Source of the DNA: Lineus longissimus
Taxonomy: Eukaryota
Length of the DNA stretch: 64,000 bases
Direction: 5' to 3'
Assembly: GCF_910592395.1 (NCBI RefSeq)
Contig: NC_088308.1
Coordinates: 558,001 to 622,000 of the forward strand
In this document: one piece after another, positions 25,701-35,641 of the stretch
How positions within the stretch are numbered: position 1 is the first letter of the stretch
Layout of the letters: the number at the start of each line of letters is the position of its first letter
The notes under the pieces: generated by a model
Databases searched by the model: none
What the model was told of the DNA's origin: nothing
What the model saw: the letters and a program-made list of their open reading frames with translations, nothing else
Program-made: the position numbers and the translations under genes

Positions 25701-28700
25701 ACGCACTCCCACTCAGTCACGCATGCGTTCACGGTCCCGGTCTCGCAGTTGGTCACGATCAAGGTCAAGGTCACCCTATAGGAGAAGGGAACGGGGTTCA
25801 TCTCGTAGGAAACGATACAGTAGTGAATCGAGTAGTAGCGTCATCTCTGAAGATAGCATTAGTGGTAGGAGTTCTAGATCGTCAAGGTCACAGAAACTAC
25901 CTGAGAAGTATGGTCGAGGACGTGGGAAGAATCAGCGCGGACGTGGCAGAGGTCGGGGACGTGGACGTGGTTATGATAAGGATGCTGAGAACAAACCTGG
26001 TGAGAAGCCTGCTAGTCAGAAAAAGGCAAAGAGAGGAAAACAAGCTGCGTAAGTATATTTTGATAACCAAAAGTCTGTTTTTTTCTGACATGGCCGCAGT
26101 GTTGCTTTCTGGGTTCTTGCACGCACCCTTCGTTTGAGACAGATCGCGGGTGTTTGATTGGTGTTCCATTCTGTTGAAATGAGTGTTATGAAGACTGAGA
26201 TGTCACCGCCAATGGCCGGGATGGGATCACTTTAATAACAGTTTCATAATATAGTTATATGTTCATGTGAATTTGCTTTCAGTGGTGGCCAGAATCAGTT
26301 TACAGTCGACTACAATGCTGGAGAGAAGCGATTCAAATTGATGAAGCGAGCTGCCAGATTCGTGGAGCATCTGGATGAGACGCCGAACAAGAGACCAAAG
26401 TCAAAACTGGTGCTTACTATCAATGTAAGGTTCTCTGAGGTATTGCATGATCTGTTATAAAACATTCTCGGTGTACGACAGGCTTTTGTCTGTAGGTCTT
26501 GTCACGCTGAATGTTGCAAAACACTGGTGGATACCACTCGGGGGAAGTCGCCCAGTGGTTTCCACCAAACCATTGCACTGTAAAGTCACCAAGGTACAGT
26601 TGTTGTTTGACTATATCTCTTGCATTCTTGTGTACGACAGGCTTTCAACTATAGGTCTTGTCTTGAAGGGCTGAATGCTACAGAAAACTGCTGGACTTCA
26701 CTCTTGGGGCCAGTCTCCTCGACTTGTCACGAAGTGATCTCTACCAAACATTTGCTGTTTTGCAAAACTGCCACCATCGTCAAAACGAAATAAGGTTTTT
26801 CTCATTCCTTATGTCTTCAAAAACATAAGACTAAAGAGCATTCTTGTGTACGACAGGCTTTCTTCAGTAGGTCTTGTCTTGAAGGGCTGAATGCTACAGA
26901 AAAACTGGTGGAATCCGCTGTTTGAGGAAATCAGCCTCAAAAAGTGAATCCACCAAACAATATCTGTATGCTCTGATCAATCACTATCTGTTTTATGCTT
27001 GGAAATCTGTAGATGTGTATATGGTATTGTGTAATTTAGTGGATTCAAGGAGCAGTTGAATGTGTGATTTATACGTATTTTGAGTGAGTGATTGTCTCTT
27101 GGAAGATTTGTTATTTGACTCTATAAGTGCCTTCTTTGTGGATGGTAGGCCTCTTACCATGGTTGCAAAACACTGGTGGCCATGTGTCAGTGGTTTCCAC
27201 CAAACCAGAGCAGGGTTTGGCCTGAATGCCACTGATAACTGATAGAGGCCTTTGTTTGGCAAGTGTTTATCACACGTATCATACAGAAGAGATATTGCAG
27301 TAGTGATGCCCAGGAAAGTTGATACTTCAATCATGATTCACATGTTAGTGTTGACAATCTTTGAAGTCTGCTTGGTACCATGCTGCTTTTTTCTCATTCA
27401 ATATTTTCAAACGAATTTGTAGTTGTGGGGTCGGATGACTTGCCTGAAGTCATTTCCACTGTCATGTTATGTAATCTGTTCATCTTTACAGGACAACAGC
27501 GATGGAGAGGATATCATGGACTTCAATGACAGGAACATCGTAGGAACAAATACGGGCTTGGAAAAACGCTATTTGAGACTTACTGCTGTAAGTATAAGGG
27601 GCAGTTAAGGATATATTCCTGTGTTTCCTCCAGAAACAACTCTGTTGTACAAATTTGATGTTAAGTCTTTCAGCATTCTTTGTGTACGGCTGACTTGTCC
27701 CATAAGTCATTCCTTGAAGGGCCGAATGCTACATCAAAATGGTGGAAATGGTTGGAGAGATGACTGACTTTGTCTCTCTTTTTGGTTCACCAGACATTTC
27801 ATGACTTTAATGTTGGTTGTTTTAGCCTCTCTTGATACTCCTCATCCCTTTGACCGAAATCATTAAGTTACCATCATCCTTGACCACTTAGAGATGAAAT
27901 ATGCATTCTTTGTGTACGGCTGACTTGTCCCATAAGTCATTCCTTGAAGGGCCGAATGCTACATGAAAATGGTGGATTGAGTTGGAGAGATGACTTGTAT
28001 TGTCTCTCTGCGTTGTTCACCAAACATATTGAGCTCACTCACTGAGTTTAGGTCCGGAGTTCTTCAGGGGAAAAGGCGCTTTGAAAGACCTATGATGACT
28101 ATTTGTAGGCCCCAGATCCTTGTACGGTGAGGCCATTAGAGGTACTGAAGGAATCGTTAAAGATGGTGAAGGAGAAATGGTTAAAGAAACAAGACTACCG
28201 CTACGCCTGTGAACAACTCAAGTCAATACGTCAAGATTTAACAGTAAGTTGTCAAGACCCTCTTTGTCTCTGTGTAGCTGGTCAGAGAGGATCTGGACAG
28301 TCTCTGTCTTATTTGAGCATTTTCAATCCTTGTGTTCTTCTCAATGCATTCTTTGTGTACGGCAGGCTTTCTTCAATAGGTCATGCCTTGAAGGGCTGAA
28401 TGCTACATCAAAATGGTGGTTTCTACTGTTGGGGCTAGTCACCCTTGTCTTGTCACAAAGTGGTTTCCACCAGACACTTGCAAGGCCAGACAGTCCTTGA
28501 ATAGAAAGTTGATATCTCAATCCTTATGTCTCATTATCTCATTGAACATGCATTCTTTGTGTACGGCAGGCTTTCTTCAATAGGTCATGCCTTGAAGGGC
28601 TGAATGCTACAGTAAACCAATGGTTTCCATTATTGGGGCTTGTTGCCTTGACTTGTTACATCATGGTCTCCAGCGAACACTTCAACAAATAGATGCAATA

Positions 28701-30365
28701 CAGTCACCCTCATACCTCTGCATGAGTATTTGATTCAGTGTTTGTTTGCAGGTACAATGTGTACGAGATGCGTTCACAGCTCAGGTGTATGAATGTCATG
28801 CCAGAGTAGCCATGGAAAAGTGTGATCACGAAGAATTCAATCAGTGCCAAACTCAGCTGAAAGCTCTCTATACAGAAGGAATAGGAGGAAATAGATTAGA
28901 ATTCACGGCCTATCGACTCCTATACTACATATTCACCAAAAACACTCTTGGTATCCTTTTGTGAGGTTTGTGAGAATGGAAGGGTTTTAGTCAGACTAGT
29001 TCCTTTCATTTCTGTCTGCTTGGGGGCATTGTGTTATGGGTTGTAAAGGTTTTAGTAAATTAACATATCACTAAAGAACTTGTACGGTAAGCCTTTATGG
29101 GTTAGGGCATTAATTACCGGTATGTATCTGAATACTTTCCAAATGATTTCCTTGACCCACATTCTCAGATCTTACCACTGCCTTGGCCTCGCTGTCTCAG
29201 TCAGATAGAGACAACGAATGTATAAAACATGCCCTAGCATTAAGGGCAGCTTGGGGACAAAATAATTTCATCAAGTTTTTCAAATTATATAGGGTAGCTC
29301 CGAAAATGTCCGGGTATCTTATTGACTGGTTCATTTTAAGGGAAAGAAAGAGTGCGTTGAAGGCCATCATCAAATCGTATGTATACTATTTCTTTTTATC
29401 TATATCTTCTGCAATTGCATGTCATTTTCTTGGTTACTGAATCATTTCTTGGCCAAACTGACAGATTCACTTTTGACTTCGATTGAAAATATTTATCACT
29501 CCAACTTGCTTTGGAACTTTGTTCAAGACTTGGACTTGAATGCAAATTGAAGTAAATGGTGCTTTCTTGTGTAAACACTCATGATAAAGTTGGTTAAGAC
29601 ATTCAGTAAATCCTCTGTAAGACTTAGTCTGTTATTGTGTACAGTGCATTGTTTTGCCAAGTCAAACTAGTCGCTAGCTGTTTGCACGGTTATAGAGGTA
29701 AGTTCTGCTCAAGCTACTGTTATGTTAGCAGTTGGTGTGCTGCCCGAGTAAATGAGCACAGCTGCAGCTTAAGTTGTTATGTATTGTCAAAGATTATGAT
29801 TCATGGTGCTTTTGACCAAAGATGGGGGAAGAATTTAGTTAGCTAGTATCTTAGAATAACAAACAAATCAATGCCAAAGTGGGCACAACTTGGTGAGGGT
29901 AGCTGTACGCAGTATGTGACGTACAGCTTCTCCCATCAATTTGATATGATAATAACCAGTCATTGGGCCATGATGTCGAACTCTCTCCTTGTAGGTAAGC
30001 CGTTTTGCTTTCAGCGTTTTCTTTTCAGCTGAAATGGATAAGTATGCGATAGTTATATTGATATGAGCTATTAGTATGTGATTCTGAGCCTCACATTCTA
30101 GATGTGCAATATGTTCAACATGTGATGTACCTCTTTACTTCAGTGTTAAGCTTCATTTCACGACATTTTATAACTGATTTTTCCTTCTTTTTGCTGAACG
30201 TGTAGGTATCGGCCCACGCTTCCTATCTCGCATGTACAGACCTCGCTGGCGTTCTCAAATAGCGAAGATTGTGTGAATTTTCTGAAAGAAGTGGGTGTGA
30301 CCATCTCTGCGGACGGTCTGAAAATCGACTGCAAGCAATCGATGTCTGTGGTACCTGGTTTATAA
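22709..30365 (+). CDS. LENG8: LENG8 / Thp3 homolog (SAC3/GANP/THP3-PCI family). 13 coding exons: 22709-22755, 23316-23597, 23829-23922, 24124-24277, 24548-24908, 25110-25253, 25554-26048, 26283-26424, 27492-27587, 28109-28243, 28752-28950, 29169-29376, 30206-30365
   Basis: All introns are GT-AG with consistent phases; total 2517 nt = 838 aa + stop. Motifs: [33 protein letters not shown]-rich region, [93 protein letters not shown]. Confidence 0.96.
26461..26574 (+). pseudogene. Decayed H/ACA snoRNA copy 1 (LENG8 intron 8)
   Basis: Homologous to the intact copies but has lost the TTGAAGG guide segment; ends in AAACCAT instead of ACA. Confidence 0.7.
26621..26753 (+). ncRNA. Box H/ACA snoRNA copy 2 (predicted 18S U1692-equivalent guide)
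   Basis: GCATTC/GAATGC stem; pocket TGTGTA/AAGGGC; H box ACAGAA at 26680; second hairpin; ACA at 26748. Confidence 0.85.
26837..26962 (+). ncRNA. Box H/ACA snoRNA copy 3
   Basis: AGCATTC/GAATGCT stem; same pocket; H box ACAGAA at 26896; TGGTGGA/TCCACCA stem; ACA at 26957. Confidence 0.88.
27128..27206 (+). pseudogene. Truncated, decayed H/ACA snoRNA copy 4
   Basis: GTTGCAAAACACTGGTGG...CAGTGGTTTCCACCAAACCA matches copy 1; 5' hairpin largely deleted. Confidence 0.6.
27672..27799 (+). ncRNA. Box H/ACA snoRNA copy 5 (LENG8 intron 9)
   Basis: Same pocket; upper stem TGACTT/AAGTCA; H box ACATCA at 27731; TGGTG/CACCA stem; ACA at 27794. Confidence 0.88.
27902..28029 (+). ncRNA. Box H/ACA snoRNA copy 6 (LENG8 intron 9)
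   Basis: 5' hairpin identical to copy 5; H box ACATGA at 27961; ACA at 28024. Confidence 0.88.
28345..28479 (+). ncRNA. Box H/ACA snoRNA copy 7 (LENG8 intron 10)
   Basis: Same pocket; H box ACATCA at 28405; TGGTGG/CCACCA stem; ACA at 28474. Confidence 0.88.
28549..28682 (+). ncRNA. Box H/ACA snoRNA copy 8 (LENG8 intron 10)
   Basis: 5' hairpin identical to copy 7; H box ACAGTA at 28609; weaker 3' basal stem; ACA at 28677. Confidence 0.8.
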
Positions 30366-32886
30366 AGATCACCCGAGTATGGTCACCTGTAACGCTGCTC
30401 TATCCGGTGGATGGGGTAGTGTTACCTGCTCCCAAGAGTCTGATCTGTGCCCTGTCTGTGTCTGCCTACGACACATCGAGTGGTGGAGGAGGGGAGACCC
30501 CAGTTGGTTGTGTCAAGCTCATATTGTGGTGGATGGGGACAGTGGTCATCATTGGGTTCATTGGGATGGGACGAGCTGCTGTTAGTGTTGTCCATTAAGC
30601 TTATTGGCCCCTGTTTCGCGTAAAATGCAGACTGTCATATTTTCTCAAACAGACTTAAGATCCAAATTCATCATCAATCATGGCTGTAGAATTGTTTCTG
30701 TGCGTATCTTGCCATCCTTGCTAGCAAGTACATGTATGGCATTACCTTTTATACATCCACTGGACTAGATGTATCGTGCATACCAGATATGTTCTAGCAT
30801 CTCGACTCCCGTCGCCAGTGCTCATGGAGTGTAGCATAAGAACTCTTTATCATTGGGTAACAACCTTTATCATTAACAAGATGTGAGGGCGCGGCAAAAC
30901 AATTGCCCACCGTTTCAATTCGTATTCCAAGCTCGACGAAAAATTGGTTGTGGACTCAAATAGTTCATTTTCATACCTGTCTCTACCATACCTTATCAAA
31001 AACCAAACGCAATGTTTTCAAACTTTATTGAGCTTTAGAAGTTTCCAAAGATGAGTTAGGATGATGTTTAGTCGCTGTTCTAATCCGGTCGCTGCTGTTA
31101 TCTCGCGGAAACATCCCACAGTTGTTGAGGAAAGAATGGAGTTATACTGGACACTCGGGTTGATCGGCAGTTTTCAAATCGCACTGGCACTCCATGTTCC
31201 CAGTAGACGTGTGCACATGCCAGTTTTGCCAGTTGTTGCAGTTACACATTTGTGATGGACACTATGTTATCACCGCACGTACGTAGGGAGGGACTATTGT
31301 TGTGTTTGAAGGGACACACTAAAGCATTTTTTTCAGCTCTGGTCAGTGTTGTCAAATGTTTATTCACGAAATTGCACTGTCATGCTTTCATCCTCACATC
31401 TCGGAGTAAGTTACATTGATTGTGCACCTTCAGGATTCGTGGGATACATCTTTGAAGGATCCGGGGATTTCTACGACGTTAGTAGCGGTATTGAGTCACC
31501 ATGATGAGGCACTCGTATGATTCGCACCTTCAGTTATCTATTTGGGACTGAGCAGGCCAGTTACACGAACTGTGATTTTGCATGAATTCTACTCCGTTAT
31601 CTTACACCACCTGGAAGTCGCAGCCTGAAGATAATGTCGCCAGTTTATGAATGTTCCCTAAACTTCTCTTATGTTGTTGTTGATTTGAATAATAAGCATG
31701 TCTTTTCAGCGTTATTTTTGCAGGTGAATATTTTGTTTTTTCTTCAGAATTTAAATGATGATCAGGTCTGGCTCCTAATATGGGCGATTAAGTTCAACTT
31801 AAGTTGCTTCGAATTGAAATCGTTTGTATTGTTAGTTGTTTTGAGGGTTGAACCTCTCAGTTTGCAGAGCATCCAGAGAGTCCCACACCATTTGAAGTCA
31901 TGATCATTTTAACTTGGCCAGTACCATCTGTTCAGGACTTCACTCCTAACAACACACAATACAGACCTCTAGCCTAAGACGGAGCAAGTTTATGTTCTAA
32001 AGTCTGGTGACTTCAAGTAATGATAATTGTTATTTTTGCATGGCATTTCTAATGTAATGAATTCTCATTTAAAATGTCTCAATGTCATTGATATCTAAAA
32101 AGTTTTATGGCTGCTTTTCCCTAATAACTGATTGCTTTACGCAGTTGGAGGTCATCCTAATCAATTTAGTGTTGAATGTCGGTTTACCAAAGAATCCAGA
32201 TTGGATTTGTGTTAGTCATGCTCACCCTGAAATCAAGTGACCCATGACAAATAACTTGCTCATTATATACATGTGCATGGGACAACGTGATTTCTGTGTA
32301 AACTTAGGTGTAGAAATATTCCTTGGCAACTTCATCAGGAGGAAGTGATAGACTTTGCAGCATAGCTGTCACCACTGGTCTTGGTCCTGCCTTTCAGTCA
32401 TTCAGCATATTTTCACACCAGTAAGATCCTGCAAGGTTCAACAGGTTTATTCAGTTGAGGTTATATGTACTTTGAATGGCCTTGGGCCAAAATTGTGAGT
32501 CGAGTAACTTGTTTCAATTCCAATTGATTATTGTTCAAACCAATTTCACCGTTTTTGCAATAAGCTGTAAGCCTGTTGGCCCTTGCATGTCTGTGTATTG
32601 GGATCCCTTGGTCCCAGCTGAGGTGAAAATACTTGGCTATTTGGAAATCAAACCATTTGCCAAAACCTCCTCGTGTACCTACACGTTTTGTCCGTATTGA
32701 AATAGTAAATTGCCTCGTGGAGGTAAAGTGCCACCTAGTGTCAATTATTGAACTTAAATAACTGATGATAAAAAGGGAAATACTTACAATGGTTTTGTTT
32801 GTTGAACTTTTCATGTTGGATCCCCGTGGGGTCTTGTCGACAGTTAACACTAGATGTGGATTTGTGAATACTAATAGTTAGGTGTA

Positions 32887-32892
32887 AATAAA
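32887..32892 (+). promoter_or_regulatory. Candidate polyadenylation signal of LENG8 (implies a 3' UTR of about 2.5 kb)
   Basis: First AATAAA I noticed downstream of the stop; followed by a T-rich tract. Confidence 0.4.
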
Positions 32893-33149
32893 CTATTTCA
32901 AGGCATTTCTATCTTGGCCCTCTTTTATTTCACTTTTGCTGCAATTGGTAACATCTTTGGAGAAGTTCAGGGCATCTACAGTACTGTCAAGTCGGTCAGG
33001 AGCCAGGAGGCTCAACTTGTTCATTGTGAAGGGCTACTTGCAGTAGCAACGGCTCCTGACGAGTTCACAGTGTGCAAATATAATTGTAGATTTGCTTATA
33101 TACGTTATAGGCCGTCGCAGATCATAGAAAGTTGTTCACTTGATGGTCC

Positions 33150-33912
33150 CGAGGACAATGCATATCCACATGGACTACTACCCCCCTCACAAGTCACAGC
33201 CAGGCGAATCAGTCCTGGCTGCTCCACCATGTCTCATGAAAACGCTAATAAGATAATTTAGAATCATTGGAACTCAAATTCACTTATGACATTGACAAGA
33301 TATAGTAGAGCGATGAGACAGTCACAGCCAGGCCACATCAGTCTTGGCTGCTCTGCCAAGGTGTTAACATGGTGAGAGAGATGAGGAAGTCACAGCCAGG
33401 CCGAATCAGTCCTGGCTGCTCCACCGTGTTGACAACATGGTGAGAGAGATGAGGAAGTCACAGCCAGGCCGAATCAGTCCTGGCTGCTCCACCATGTCTC
33501 ATGAAAACGCTAATAAGATAATTTAGAATCATTGGAACTCAAATTCACTTATGACATTGACAAGATATAGTACTACACTTCTGCAAAGTTTGATGAAACT
33601 CCCAGCATTGATTTTTTTTTAAATCACGAAAATGTATGTATACAGAATGTGCACGGACCCTATCGCAGATTTAATTGCGTCCGGAGCCCGCTCCTGGCTC
33701 CCCTGCCGTTGGCCAGCCATACTACATAGTACGCACATGTAACGTCCACACAGGAGTAATGCAGCGAGAATTTGTACTGCATATAAGGGTCCTACCCAGT
33801 AAGTAAGTTCGGAGCAAAGAGACGCTGTGGCCGGCAACGGTCGGCAGTACCATGTTTGGGGTTCATGGAATAATTCGTCCCCCGTTCCCCCCCTAACAAG
33901 GGGGATATTATC
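33150..33912. mobile_element. Helentron-like non-autonomous element with internal duplications (boundaries approximate)
   Basis: AGTCACAGCCAGGC..ATCAGTC.TGGCTGCTC occurs 4 times; a block of about 116 bp is duplicated (33192-33307 and 33456-33572); terminal hairpin CCCCCC-TAACAA-GGGGGG then ATATTAT. Confidence 0.5.
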
Positions 33913-34532
33913 ACCTCACAATGAGGCAATTTTTAATTTTAAGTAATCGCGTAGTTCCACTTTTTTAGCTCAGATGGCGCTAACTGAGGTCCTGTCAAAA
34001 TCATTGGCCTACCTGAGGCTGATGAGGAAACTCACGAAACTCTACAGGGTGGCCCAGAAAGGTTTTGATCCCTTGCACAATAGAATTCTATTGTGTGTGT
34101 CCATTGTGTGAGGGAAATTAATTCTGGGCCACTCTGTAGTACATGAACTTCTCACCCTGTTCAAAGATATCGGAGCGAAAGTGAAAAACGAGGACATTTC
34201 TATTTTCCACCGCAACGGGCCTGTGTATTTTACCGTCGCTCTATATTGTTACCTGCAGAAATGACTCTCGGCCAATGAGACAGTAGTGCACAATAACTCT
34301 TCTGGATGTGCACTCCCCTTCATTGCTCGCCATGTTGCCAGGGAGTATACCAAGTCTTTGCTGAATGTGCCATGCCCCTTCCCTATGCGTACTCTGTCTG
34401 ATATGTGTACTCTCCCAGCGTACTGCACCATGTTTCTACAGGGTCGACCTTGTCTCCACGCTTAAGAAAACTGTGTCTCATTTTCACATGGTGAATACTG
34501 ATCATTTTCATCAAGGGATTGCATGAAATCAG

Positions 34533-34800
34533 AACACCAGACCTGAAGAGACAGCAGATATACTGCAACAACCATACCATAATATGCTGCCACAACCAGA
34601 CCTGATAATACAACATATGCTCTCACAACCAGACCTGATAGACAGGAAATGCTGGCACAACCAGACCTGCATGAGATTGCAGATGCTGCCACAATCAGTC
34701 TGATGAGATTGCAGATACTGTCACAACCAGACCTGGCGAGATAACAGATGCTGTTAAACCCAGAGCCAAGGCCAGCACGAGCAGATCCACACCTGATAAC
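34533..34800. repeat. Degenerate tandem repeat, about 30-35 bp, core ACAACCAGACCTG
   Basis: Core recurs about 7 times. Confidence 0.7.
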
Positions 34801-34906
34801 CCGCCCCATCACAAAGTAGACCAATGAACGAGCTCGATAGCAAAGATTACTTTGGAGCAATCCTCAACCGTTCATGTTTAATTGAAACATACTGAACCTA
34901 TAATGT

Positions 34907-35171
34907 GACCCGGTTTCTCAAAGAATCTTAAGTGTTTGTCTTAAGTCATAATATTTTGACTAAGCCAAGTCAAAAACTTAAGTACGAATCTCAAAGCATC
35001 TTGTGTCCTTCATTCCGACTTTAGTACGGTAGCTACCGTGCTTAAGTTTTTGTGGTACTTAAGTCGGCTGGGCGAGTTAAGATTCTTTGTGAATCAACTT
35101 AAGACAAAACTTAAGAAATTCTCATACTTAAGTCACCAAAACAGACTTAAGATTCTTTGTGAAACCGGGCC
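34907..35171. mobile_element. MITE with 26-bp TIRs and a CTTAAG-rich interior
   Basis: GACCCGGTTTCTCAAAGAATCTTAAG / CTTAAGATTCTTTGTGAAACCGGGCC (2 mismatches). Confidence 0.85.
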
Positions 35172-35563
35172 CTGTACTGTACCCTGTGGTTTGCCTAAGG
35201 GTTTGGTATTCACTACACTCTCACTGTCTTGGTGCATGATTCGCTGGTCCTTTCTTCAGCATAATAGGAGATATGTGTGACTCCCCGGGCATATTCCCAG
35301 GGTTGCAACACTGAGTGGATATGAGGGAAACACAGAATCAGAAGATCTAGTGTAAACAAAAGTAATCAAAATTTCACAGCTTGAAATTGTGGGTTGATGA
35401 AGTGAGAACCGGAGAATACTCCCGAGGCTCGTCAGATTTCATCGTATCATTATTTCGTTCATTGTTTTCTGCAAGACAACTCTTTATGAGATCTTTGCAA
35501 TTAAATGTGTCATCAGTATATACAAGTAAGAAAACATGGTCATATCACTTTTACAGTTGTTCA

Positions 35564-35641
35564 GGCAGGCAGCGGGGGTAACAGCGTATTATGTTATCAC
35601 CCGCCTTCCCTTCCATTTACCAGATTAACTGCGAATACGAC
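35564..35641 (+). repeat. Dispersed repeat, copy B (matches 10525-10621)
   Basis: Direct sequence match; copy A has an extra internal segment. Confidence 0.8.

Noticed and set aside
24082..26169. Antisense and alternative-frame ORFs over LENG8 exons
   Set aside because: Shadows of low-complexity coding exons
27611..27645. ATATTCCT resembling the U17/snR30 m1 motif
   Set aside because: Not an exact m1, no AAACCAT m2 in the right position, and no U17-like fold
26461..28682. CRISPR-like array (conserved repeats with variable spacers)
   Set aside because: Eukaryotic intronic context, irregular spacing interrupted by exons, no cas genes; H/ACA boxes and rRNA complementarity explain it
34462..34860. 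132-aa minus-strand ORF
   Set aside because: Overlaps a degenerate tandem repeat; the translation is repetitive
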